A stretch of DNA of 64,000 nt from Raja brachyura (taxonomy: Eukaryota): contig OY740798.1 of the NCBI GenBank assembly GCA_963514005.1, forward strand, positions 24,490,001-24,554,000, written 5' to 3'. Under the pieces are notes generated by a model that was given only the letters and a program-made list of their open reading frames with translations, was not told the origin of the DNA and did not search any database. Position numbers and translations under genes: made by a program. This document shows, piece after piece, positions 36,190 through 47,980 of the stretch; the first letter of the stretch is position 1, and each line of letters begins with the position of its first letter.

Positions 36190-39100
36190 ACATAGAAAAT
36201 AGGTGCAGGAGTAGGCCATTCGGCCCTTCGAGCCTGCACCGCCATTCAATATGATCATGGCTGATCATCCAACTCAGTATCCCGTACCTGCCTTCTCTCC
36301 ATACCCCCTGATCCCCTTAGCCACAAGGGTCACATCTAACTCCCTCTTAAATATAGCCAATGAACTGGCCTCAACTACCTTCTGTGGCAGAGAATTCCAC
36401 AGATTCACCACTCACTGTGTGAAAAATATTTTTCTCATCTCGGTCCTAAAAGACTTCCCCCTTATCCTTAAACTGTGACCCCTTGTTCTGGACTTCCCCA
36501 ACATCGGGAACAATCTTCCTGTATCTAGCTTGTCCAACTCCTTAAGAAGTTTGTAAGTTTCTATAAGATCCCCCCCTCAATCTTAGAAATTTTAACGAGT
36601 ACATGCTGAGTCTATCCAGTCTTTCTTCATATGAAAGTTCTGACATCCCAGGAATCAGTCTGGTGAACCTTCTCTGTATTCCCTCTATGGCAAGAATGTC
36701 TTTCCTCAGATTAGGAGACCAAAACTGTACGCAATACTCCAGGTGTGGTCTCACCAAGACCCTGTATAACTGCAGTAGAACCTCCCTGCTCCTATACTCA
36801 AATCCTTTTGCTATGAATGCGAACATACCATTCGTTTTCTTCACTGCCTGCTGCACCTGCATGCCTACTTTCAATGACTGGTGTATCATGACACCCAGGT
36901 CTCATTGCATCTCCCCTTTTCCTAATCGGCCACCATTCAAATAATAGTCTACTTTCCTGTTTTTGCCACCAAAGCAGATAACCTCACATTTATCCACATT
37001 ATACTGCATCTGCCATGCATTTGGATAGGTTGCCCACACGCAACCTATCCAAGTCACCTTGCAGCCTCCTAGCATCCTCCTCCAGCTAACACTGACCCCC
37101 AGCTTCATGTCATCCGCAAACTTGTAGATGTTACATTTAATTCCCTCAGCCAAATCATTAATATATATTGTAAATAGCTGGGTGACTTCAATCTACATAT
37201 AGATTGGGTGAATCAAATTGGCAGAGGTTCTGAGGAAGACGATTTCCTGAGATTATTACCTTCGCGGCCCTTCTCCTTAACTCTCCTAACTCTATACACG
37301 CAGGCTTATACTGAAAATAAACTACCAGAAACTTTAGTAGAATCAACAATAACGCTTATACCAAAAAAAAGATAAGACTTAGAGGAACCGGGTTCTTACA
37401 GAGCAATATCAATTCTAAATACGGATCAGAAAATGTTAGCAAAGATTCTAGCAAGAAGACTGAATAATTATATTAACAAATTGGTAAACCCGGATCAAAC
37501 GGGATTTATACCTAGAAGACAATCATTTAATAATTTGAGAAGGCTTTTCAATGTAATGTACTCTCACAAAGAGGACATTGAAGATATTTCAGTCGTTACG
37601 TTGGATGCAGAGAAGGCATTTGGTCAGGTAGAATGGCAGTATTTATATAAGGTACTCCACAAATTTAATACGGGAGAGATTTTTTATTAGATGGGTTAAA
37701 CTACTTTATGATAAACCTACGGCAAGAATATTAAGTAATAATATGTTATCTCCAAAATTGTATTTATCAAGGGGTAATAGGCAGGGTTGTGCCTTATCAC
37801 AATTACTATTTGCCCTTATGATAGAACCGCTGGCTGAAAGGATTAGAAAGCATCCGAATATTCACGGATATAATACTAAGGACTCAAAGAATAAAATGTC
37901 ATTATATGCTGACGATATTCTTTTATATATTACTAATACACAAACAAGTATCCCCACATTAACACTAATCGAGGAATTTGGTTGTTTTTCAGGATATAGA
38001 ATAAATTGGAATAAAAGCGAAATTATGTCTTTGAAACCACAGGATGCGAGACACTTATTAAAATTCCCTTTCAAAATTGCAACAGAAAAATTCAAGTATT
38101 TGGGTATTCAAATTACGAGAAGACACAAATCATTATTTAGTGCCAATTTTATGCCACTATTAAATAAACTGAATGTTATGATTACATTTTGGAAAACGCT
38201 ACTGCTCTCATTGATAGGTAGAATTAATGCTATAAAAATGACTTTCTTACCACAATTAATATATTTGTTTCAAGCGATCCCAATATATATTCCAAAATAT
38301 TTTTTCAAAAAACTAGATTCTAATATCACTAATTTTATATGGGATTATAGAGCACACAGAATTCAACGAAAGCATCTGTGCAAACCTAAAGAAGTTGGGG
38401 GTTTATCATTACCTAACTTTACGTATTACTACTGGGCAGTGCATATTAAGAACATAATGTACTGGTTGGATAGTCCCACTCACCAGTCAGAGTGGATAAG
38501 AATGGAGAAAGAGGAGTGTTTCTCGTACGATAGAGAAACGATCTTGTTCTCACCGATAAAATAGTATAATATAGAAGAAGAACCCAATTATTCACAATAC
38601 AATAAGAATTTGGAAACAAATAAAATTATCCTTGAAATTAAATAATCTATCAGTACTAACCCCAATATTGAATAATCCTGCATTCAAACCATCTCTTATC
38701 GACAAAACATATAAACAATGGGATAGACTGGGAATTAGGAAAGTAGGAGATATGTATGAATTGGGTAAATTGTTATCATTTCAACAATTAAAATCAAAAT
38801 TTAAACTGAATGATAATCAATATTTTAAATATATACAGATATGTGACTTTATGAAGAAATATATACATAGATTTCAAACTATATCTTTAGACCCTTTAGA
38901 AGAAGCAATGAATATTAAGACTGATTCACAAAAACTAATATCATATTTTTATAATAGTATATTAAATAGAGAATTACCCTCAACAGAGGCACTAAGAGAA
39001 GATCGGGAACATGAATTAATGATAAAGATTCTGAAAGATAGATGGGAAAAGTATCTGATGAACACACATAATTGTTCCATTAATGCAAGAGATAACTTAA

Positions 39101-40305
39101 TTCAATTTATATTATTTAAAAACGAGGTTGAATAAATTCTACTCAAACGTCTCTCCTAGGTGCGATAAATGTTTGTTTCAAAATGCCAATATTACACATT
39201 CATTTGTAGGATGTATAAAGTTGAATAAATTTTGGAGCGATATATTTGATATATTTACAAAGCTCTTTAAGTTAAGACTAGAACCTAATACGGAATGGAT
39301 TATATTTGGAATAATAGTAGAAGATATCAATTTAAACAAAGACCAAAAAGTACTCTTCAATTATTGGTTAATAATTGGAAAGAAATTGATACTTAAATTT
39401 TGGAAATATACAGCTATACCAACTATTAAAATGTGGATTAGTAATATGACGGACATAGCTCACCTTGAAGAAATGAGACTCTGCCTAATAGATAAATATG
39501 ACCAATTCTTAAGGAGTTGGTCCCCTTTCATCGACTTTTTGGAATCATGTGATACAGCAGTACCGTAAAGATTACTGATTTCAGGTCAGGTCGTGGATAG
39601 AATTACATCTCCGAACAAAGATTTGAAACTTTTCTTTTTTTAAGGGTCTTTTTCTCCTATTTCTACTTTCTACTTTCTCTTTTCTTATATACACACTTCA
39701 CGTTTTTCTATTTTTCCTCTTTTTCTTCTCTCTCTCTCTTGTCTTTTTTTACTTCCTTTTCAAAAACATAAAACTAGAGGTTGTACATAGAATGTATTAC
39801 GTTATGACATAGTTGGCACCTAAAATTAGGTGCCACTGTATTGTTTTGTATTGCATTAACTTCTAACAAAATAAACAAAAAAAACAGAAAAACTCTCCTA
39901 ACTCCCTAAAATATCCTTTCAGGACCTCTTCTCTTTTTCTACCTATGTCATTGGTACCTATATGTACCACGACCTCAGGCTCCTCTCCTTCCCCTTTCAG
40001 GATATCTTGGACACGTTCAGACACATCCCAGACCCTGGCACCAGGGAGGCAAACTACCATCCGGATCTCCTGACTGCATCCACAGAATCGCCTATCTGAG
40101 CCCCTAACTACAGAGTCCCCTATTACTAATGCCCTCCTTTTCATTTCCCTACCCTTCTGAGCAACAGGGCCGGTCTCTGTGCCGGAGGCCCGGCCGCTGT
40201 TGCTACCCCTAGGTAGGCTGTCTCCCCCAACAGTACTCAAACAGGAGTGCTTATTGCCCCTCCTAACCATGACCCACTTGTCTGCCTCCCGTGGCATACC
40301 GTGGC
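36190..40305 (-). mobile_element. Rearranged CR1 (HER1-like) LINE nested in Gypsy pol and split by an L1
   Basis: RT C-terminus and 3' UTR at 36190-37180; inverted endonuclease fragment 37181-37249 (GDFNLHIDW on +); ORF1 SGNH esterase (VIGDS, VHIGTND) at 39905-40305 continuing at 37292-37246. The Gypsy frame rejoins across the insertion (VERE|SEHVPEL). Confidence 0.88.
37293..39890 (+). mobile_element. L1-clade LINE, 5'-truncated ORF2 with 3' UTR and A-rich tail
   Basis: RT motifs (DQTGFIP, LDAEKAF, GNRQGC, LYADD), GGLSLP, C-terminal CCHC (CDKC...H...C); A-rich tail; 14-bp TSD AACTCTCCTAACTC at 37279-37292 and 39891-39904 at a TT/AA site. Confidence 0.95.
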
Positions 40306-40489
40306 AATCAGAACATGTTCCTGAACTCAAAGATATCAGAGAGCATATACACAGTGGACAATGGGAGCAATGCCCTTATAAAGCATATGTTCCAATAAAA
40401 GATGAATGTTGTGTAATTGGACAGTGTATGCTGAGAGGTAGCAGATTGGTGATCCCGCAGGCACTACGACCAAGGATAATGTCATTAGC

Positions 40490-41506
40490 TAGCAATGTTA
40501 CGAAATTTTGAGATTTAAAAAATTAAGTCTGCAATTTATCCCATCAGATAAAGCATAAAAAGAAGTTTAATTTGACACCTAATTCATATCTTCAGTATTA
40601 AAAAAGTTATGGCCATTTTCATACTCAGAAATTAGCATCTTGTTCCCTATTGCTTTTCCATTGACTTAACACAAAAGCTGTGATCAAGGACAGTCAAAAT
40701 CCCATAACTTTCATAAAAATTAAGAGAACTGAATGAAATTTTCAGTTATTATAGATTGAAGCATTCTGAAACAAATATGAAACAATCTTACTTGGATGAC
40801 CTGAAATTTAAGCATATAATTAGTTAGTTACCTAATTGTAGCTAATTACAAAATTCAATTACTAGATCTAAACATTTCTTAAGAAAAGGTTAACATTTTT
40901 TAAAAGCCTAAGTGTCCAAATAACATTCACACAAGAATTCACAATATAACATGATTTTTAAATCTCATTGTCATGAATTTATAAGCCAAATTGAAGGAAT
41001 TTCATATTTAATTCCCGTAAATTAATGGCCATTGAAATCAACTTGCGAGTGGGTTTTTGTGGAACGGGATTGTTTGAAACGTTGCGGTTTGCGGTGAATT
41101 TAACCCCTAGTCGGCAGGAAAAATACTGCCTGTTTGTATATTTTTTAAGGCACCTTTTCGCAACATGTAATTTTGATTAAAGGTTTCCTGAGAAGCACGT
41201 TTTAATTTAAAAATAAACTGTGTACCTTTCTTTGTCCCCTACATGTGATCTGTCCCGTTGTCGGCGTTCACGGCTTTAGAAGATGATTTTTAATTCACTC
41301 TAGCAATTAAATTATTCAGCGCAGTTTAAACATAACTCCATAAAACAAATGTCGGAGCAATTTCTCTTCAGCAAATAAATCCCCTGAGATTAATCGATTT
41401 GAATGGTCTGGAGTAAACGGCATTTTAAACCCGCCCCCTCTCAAAGGCACCAAAGGGCAGTGACAAAACTGCAGCGCCCCTAAAGGTAAGTTTTGTAACA
41501 TACCTA
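40490..41506. mobile_element. Non-autonomous TIR DNA transposon with 7-bp TSD, copy 1
   Basis: Ends TAGCAATGTTACGAAA ... TTTTGTAACATACCTA; TSD CATTAGC (40483-40489) / CATTAGT (41507-41513). Confidence 0.88.
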
Positions 41507-41778
41507 CATTAGTTCATGAAAGACATTTAGGCATCGTCGGTACTAAACAGAATTTGCGGAGTAAAGTGTGGTGGCCAGGTTGTGAGAAAGATGCCAGAAA
41601 ATTTGTCAAGACCGATCACGGATGCCAAATCACAAGCTGGAGCAACCCACCAGAACCAATTAGAAGTACAAAGTTGCCAACAGGACCATGGGTTGACAAA
41701 GTTGTTGACTTTCTTGGACCACTTCCAACAGGTGAATCAATTATGGTAGTAGTAGACTACTATAGTAGGTACTATGAG

Positions 41779-43841
41779 TAGGTATGTTACAAAACTTACC
41801 TTGAGCAGCGCTGCAGTTCTGCCGCTCCCTGTGTGCGTGACTTTGGCGCCTTTCAGAGGGGGGCGGGCTTAAAGTGCCGTTTTTCCACAGACAGGGAAAA
41901 TCGATCCATGTCGGGCAATTTCGTTGCGTAAGAAAAATCGCTCCGACATTTCATTCATGAAGGTATTTTTAAATTACGCTAGATTATTTATTAACTAGAG
42001 TAATTTAAAAATCACCTTCAAAAGCCGTGAGCGCCGACAACGGGAAGGATTTTGCGTAGGGGAGAAAAAAAGATACACAGTTTATTTTTTTATTAAAAGT
42101 TGTTTTTTATGGAGGCTTTAATAATATTTTCATGTTGCGAAATGGGGTCCAAAAAAAATGTATGAACCAACAGTATTTTTCTTCCCGAATTTACCGCAAA
42201 CCGCGACGTCCCAATCCACCGCATTCCACTAAAACCCACTCTCTAGTTGATTTAAATGGCCATTAATTTACACGCATTAAACACTAAATTCCTTCCATTT
42301 GGCCCAGAAATTCATGAAAATGAGATTTAAAAATTATGTTATATTGTGGATTATTGTGTGAATGTTATTTGGACACTTAGGCAATTAAAAAAAAAGTTTA
42401 TCTTTTCTTAAGAAATGGATAGATGTTTAGATCTACTCATTGAATTTTGTAATTAGCTACAATTAGATAACTAACTAATTATTAGATTAGATTCTTTATT
42501 TGTCATTCAGACCTTTCGGTCTGAACGAAACTCTGTTCCCCTGCAGTCATACATATAATTAAAAATAAATAAACAAAAATGACAGAACACACAATAAACA
42601 CAAATTTAACATCCACCACAGTGAGTTCACCAAACACCTCCTCACTGTGGTGGAAGGCAAAGTCTTAAAGTCTGTGTCTCTTCCCTCTTTGTTTCCCTCT
42701 GCGCCGAGGTGATCCAGGCCTCAGATGCCGCGACCGCACCGGGCGATGGTAATTAAGTCAGTCCCGCGGTTCAACCGAGCTCCACGAATGGGCCGGTTCA
42801 ACTCCGCGGCCTGGGGGGTCCACCGGGCCCCTGGTCGGGCCGCTGCAACCGCTCCGGGACCGAGTCGGGTCGCCGCCCCGGTACCGAGTCGGGTTTCCGC
42901 CGCCGCTGCTGGGACCACTCCGGGACCGAGTCGGGCCGCCGCCGCCACCGCTGCAGCTGCAGGAACCGCTCCGGTAGTCGGGCCGCCGCTGCTGCTGCCG
43001 CCGCCGCTGCCGGAACCGCTCCGGGAGTCGGGCCGCCGCCGCCGCTGCTGGAACCACTCCGGGAGTCGGGCCACCGCCACCGCCGCTGCTGCCGCCGCCG
43101 CTGCTGGAACCGCTCCGGGAGTCGGGCCGCCGCTGCTGCTGGAACCGCTCCGGGAGTCGGCCCGCCGCTGCTGCTGGAACCGCTCTGGGAGTCGGGCCGC
43201 CGCTGCTGCCGCTGCCGCTGCTGGAACAGCCCCTGGGCCCGAGGCCGCCAGCTCCGCCATTAGGCCTCGGCGCAGACAGAGACGGGGGAATACGACAGAA
43301 AGTCGCACACCCCCCCCCCCTCAGAAGGAAGAGACCCGGACATGTTACTCCCCCCCCCCACCCACATACACACACAATCTAACAAAACGAACGAACCCAA
43401 CTAAAAACAGGACAGAAAAATAAATTAACAGGCGGACTGCAGGCGGGCCGCAGCTGTTAACCCAGCGCCGCCATCTTGGACTCAAGATGTGTCAAGACTC
43501 AACTGTTATTTGCTTTAATTTCAGGTCATCCAAGTAAGATAGTTTCATATTTGTTTCAGAATGCTTCAATCTATAATAACTGAAAATTTCATTGAGTTCT
43601 CTTAATTTTTAAGAAGGTTATGGGCTTTTAACGGTTCTAGATCACAGCTTTTGAGTTAAGTCAATTGAAAGGCAATGGGGAACAAGATGCTAATTTCCGA
43701 GTATGAAAATGGTCATAACTTTCTTAATACTGAAGATATGAAAGTGAATTAGGTGTCAAATTAAACTTCTTTTTATGCTTTATCTGATGGGATAAATTGC
43801 AGACTTGATTTTTAAAATCTCAAAATTTTGTAACATTGCTA
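41779..43841. mobile_element. Same TIR transposon family, copy 2, inverted relative to copy 1 and interrupted by a retroelement
   Basis: Ends TAGGTATGTTACAAAA ... TTTTGTAACATTGCTA; TSD CTATGAG at 41772-41778 and 43842-43848. Confidence 0.9.
42484..43505 (-). mobile_element. Non-autonomous, non-tRNA retroelement with an internal GC-rich minisatellite
   Basis: 5' CCAAGATGGCGGCG head, internal ggaaccgctccgggagtcgggccgcc(gcY)n array, two perfect hairpins, and tail ATGACAAATAAAG(AATCT)n. Related pieces at 5495-5975 and 14718-14825. Confidence 0.75.
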
Positions 43842-44945
43842 CTATGAGTATGCAGTGATGAATTCAACTACAGCAGAAAAGACTGTATGGGCATTAGCAG
43901 AGATCTTCGCCAGATACGTGTTGGCTGTTACATTGTATTCCGACAATGGACCACAGTTTGTTTCGGAGACGTTTGCTGAATACATGGGAATCACAGGTAT
44001 CCATCATCACAAGGTGACTCCGAAATGACCACAAGCTAACAGAGAAGTAGAGAAACAAAACCAGTCCATAGAGAAGAGGATACGAATCGCCCATGCCGAA
44101 GGGAAAAACTGGAAGGAGGCAATGTTAGCATACATAGCTGTATATCGGGCGATATACGACGGGGAAAAGTCCAGCAGAAGCTTTATTTGGAAGGAAAATT
44201 TGCACTAAAATACTAGAAGTGCGAGAGATCATGGAAGACCATGAGCTGAGAGGCTGTGATGTCGAAAAGAAAGGTGCGGCAAAATGGTATGCTGACTTGA
44301 AACGAGGAGCCAGGCACTCAGACATAATTTCTGGGGATGATGTGCTTGTGAGGTGAGATGATGGCGGTAAGATAGACACTCCTTACCATTGCCAGCCATA
44401 CAATGTTGTATCGAGGAGCGGCTGCATAGTGACAGTCAAGTCTCCAGAAAGTGTTATCTACAAGAGAAATGTATCGAGCGTCAGAAAATACATATCCAGG
44501 GACACATAAAACGAGGTAGCCCAAAATTCACCAAGAGCTACTGATTCAGAGGGGCTAGACGACATTTCCGAGGTGGTGTCCAGAGTTCCAGAGGCAGCAA
44601 GCTGCAACGCAGGTGGTGAGCAGAGAAGGTGTCTGGGTGACAACACTTTGGCAGATTCATCAGGCTCTGATGCTCCTGTGCCAGCTGGTAGACCAAACCG
44701 TGAAAGGAGAGTCCCCAAGCAATACAATGATTTTATGTTCTGGATTATGATACTGTTTATTATGATACTGTTTATTATGAGCAAGGAGTTTATTAATGTT
44801 ACGAGAGTGTAAAAAGTTGCATTTGTTTTGTAGTAATGCATCTGTTTTGTGAGTTATTGGAACACAAATGAAAACCAAATATGTTTTGTAAGAATTTAAT
44901 TGGAAAGTATTATTAATTTAAAGTTTAATTCTGGTAAAGGAGTGG

Positions 44946-45152
44946 TGTCATGACGATGAGACATGATGATGATATGCAAATATCAGGACCTTTGTATCAG
45001 ATGAGTTGGAGGTCAGATTGCATGTGCACTGTGTGAGCCTAGGCAGGAGGCCATGGCTGAGTGAGATAATAAACACAGAGACCAAGGAATGTAACCTGTA
45101 AATATAGTGTCAGTATTATTATTATTCCACATCTGGAGGCAAAGATGTGACA
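44946..45152 (+). repeat. 3' LTR of the Gypsy element
   Basis: 207 bp; preceded by a polypurine tract and followed by TSD GGTAT. Confidence 0.96.
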
Positions 45153-45544
45153 GGTATATGGAATGAGCTGCCAGAGGAGGTAGTTGCGGCAGGTACCAGA
45201 ACAACATTTAAAAGCCATTTGGACAGGTACATGGATAGGAAATGTTTAGAGAGATGTGGGCCATGTGGGTGGAAGTAGTTTAGATGAGGCATCTTGATTG
45301 GGATGGGCGAGATTCCGTGCTGAATGACCATATGACTCTAATATTTAAGGCATATAAAAGGAAGTGTTAGAAAACTTGTCGAGTGGGAAATAACATTACT
45401 GCTTCAAGTCAAAGATCATTTTAAGTCTGAAGAAGGTTCCTGACTTGAAATGTTGTATGTCTTCCAGAGATGCTGTCTGACCCTCTGAACAGCACTTTAT
45501 TGTGTTTTTTGTAAATTGGCATCTGCATTTCCTTGTTTTTTAGA

Positions 45545-45933
45545 GACACAGCATGGAAATAGGTTCATAATAGTTCTGTTATCCCGCTTTTGATTCTGTT
45601 CTCTACACATTTGGGGCAATTTAGAGGCCAATTAACCTACAAACCCACATTTATTTGGGATGTGGCATGAAATCAGAGCACCCAGAGGAAACCACAGGGA
45701 GAAGTGCTGTCTGTGTGGAGTTTGCACCTTTTTCCTGTGATTGTGTCCGTTTTTGTCCTATATACAAAATACTTGTAGATTAATTGTTCTCTGTAAATTG
45801 CTCGAAATGTGTAGGGGGGGGGGGAAGATGCAAAAGTGGGATAACACGGCACTACTGTGAACAGATGATCAATAGATGGTGTGGATTGGATGGACCAAGA
45901 GCCTGTTTGCATGCTGTTTCTTTAAACTAAACT
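45545..45933. mobile_element. Two V-SINE fragments in inverted, head-to-head orientation
   Basis: Minus-strand copy 45545-45705 abuts plus-strand copy 45705-45933. Confidence 0.7.
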
Positions 45934-46569
45934 GTGAGATGCTACACTAGAAATCGGAAACAATTACATTTTGAGAACAATTACATTTTGAGATACCTAG
46001 CAGGTCAGGCAGCATCAGTGAAGAAAGGAATCACTGAGTTAAGGTGAATGACCTTGCATCCAAACTGATCAGATTTGATTCAGACAGTGAAAGTAGGTCA
46101 TCTGAAATTGTTTAATAGGATCCAATGTCTATAATGTGCCAAGATGGAAGGTTGGGGCCACCCAGTATTGTGTTATTGGGGTCTGTTAGGTCTGAAAATG
46201 TCACAGACATCTGTTTTCTCTGCCCCTCCGCTAACAAGCAATACAAAACACATTTGTTTTCTTTCTTCTCTGGTGCTGGTGAAGAGTCTTTACTTTGATA
46301 TGATGACATTGTATCTCCACAGAATGCTGGCTGACCTGCTAAGAATTTTCAGCACTTTCTATTTTTAATTCAGGTTCCCAGTATCTAGGTTTTCAGTTTG
46401 TCAGGCAATCTGAGTATTTGAGAAACTTGTTCAGATAGTGAATGTTCCATCTTTAATCAGAACTGCAAAACGTTTGCATAAAGTGTCAAGATGCAGAAGA
46501 AGACGATGGGCATGAAGAAAACTCAAAAAAGTGAAGGCCATAGCATTTTAAAAGAGAAGGCCTGTGGGG

Positions 46570-47980
46570 GAGCAACCTTGTTGAGGTGAAGTGCCTTGGT
46601 GAGTAAAGTGTGAGTCTTCGACGAAGAGGCTGAGACAAGGAGGCTACACGATTCTAAATTTGTGAGTTTTTGTCCACTAAAGAAATGGCAGGCAAGTTGG
46701 TAGTGTTGTTCCTGCAGGATGTGGGAAGTCAGGGACACCACTGGTGCTTCCGACAACTACACCTTCACCTACACCGACAGGGCCTTCAGTGAGGTTGTCA
46801 CACTGAGGATACCGGAAGAGTGAAGGTGGGTGACTGAGAAAGAAGTGGAAACGTGGAGTGCAGGAGACCCCGGTGGCTGTACCTACTGAAAACAGGTATA
46901 CCCTCTTGGGAGCGGACGACATGACAAGATTGAGTGGTTGCCAGGGCTGTGATTCCAACCCTGATACCGAGGCTCAACGGGGAAGAGTGACATCAGGCAG
47001 AACCATAGTGGTGGGGAGACGGAGGAGGTGCGGACAGGTGATTCTGCGGCAGCAGGCGAGACTCCAGGATGGTGTGTAGCCTCCCTGGTGCCAGGGTCCA
47101 GGACGTCTCGGAGCGGCTGCACGGCATCCTCAAGAGTGAGGGGGAGCAGCCGGTGGTTGTGCATGTTGGCACAAATGATATAGGTCGGAAGAGAAAGGAA
47201 TTTCTGGATCATTGGGATCTCTTCCGGGGCAGGGGTGACCTGTATAAAAGGGAGGGGCTGCACCTAAACTGGAGGGGGACCAACATCCTAGCGGGAAGGT
47301 TTGCTTTTGCTACACAGGAGGGTTTAAACTAGATTGTCAGGGGGTGGGATCTTGTGCAGGACAGTGGCACGTGAAAGGCTAGAGGTTGGTATGGAGGGTG
47401 GTGTGGGAAAGGTTAGTGGACGGAATAGGCAGGTGAAAGGGGGAGAGCGAGGAAGGAGGGTTGGTTTAAACTGCACATATTTTAATACAAGGGGCCTGAC
47501 GGGTAAAGCAGATGAGCTTAGGGCGTGGATAGGTATGAGCCACTGGGACGTTGTAGCCATGACGGAAACCTGGTTAAGGGACGGGCAGGACTGGTAGCTC
47601 AATGTTCCAGGGTACAGGAGCTTCAGGAGAGACAGGGGTGAGGGAAAAAGAGGAGGGTGGTGAGGGAAATTGAGATGTTAGTCAAAAACAAGGATGCATG
47701 AGACAGGTACAGTATAGGCAGCTGGGATCAAGTGCATACCTGGAGGAGTTTCGGGAACTAAGGAGTAAACGAAAAAAGGAAATCAAAATGGCAAAACGGG
47801 GCCAGGAGATAGCTCTGCCAGGTAGCATTAAGGTCAATCCCAAAAGATTTTATAAATACATAAGGGGAAGAAGGGTAACTGGAGAGAGTGGGACCTCTCA
47901 GGAATCAAAGCGGTCACCTCTGCGTGGAGCCACAGGAGATAGGCAAGGTCCTAAATTAGTATTTCTCCTCTGTATCTAGT
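46570..47980 (+). mobile_element. CR1 5' region (ORF1 esterase plus endonuclease fragments), internally deleted
   Basis: VPTENRY, LPGARVQDV, VHVGTNDIG, GLHLN, CTYFNTRGL, AMTETWL. Confidence 0.85.

Larger units (their letters stand above)
33440..45152 (+). mobile_element. Gypsy LTR retrotransposon (Mag-like), degenerate, with nested insertions
   Basis: LTRs 33440-33638 and 44946-45152 (TGTCA...TGACA); TSD GGTAT at 33435-33439 and 45153-45157; PBS TGGCGACGAGGAT; PPT aaaggagtgg. Gag zinc knuckle CYRCGNKGH, protease VDSGS, RT (IRLCVDMR...ISDDI), RNase H (IAYASRSLT...TDHKPL), integrase (DFLGPLP...VDYYSRY). Internal segments 33639-36189, 40306-40489, 41507-41778, 43842-44945. Confidence 0.96.

Noticed and set aside
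42721-43423. Long Ala/Pro/Gly-rich ORFs on both strands (195-232 aa)
   Set aside because: These arise from a GC-rich triplet minisatellite inside a retroelement nested in transposons; there is no splice or domain evidence.
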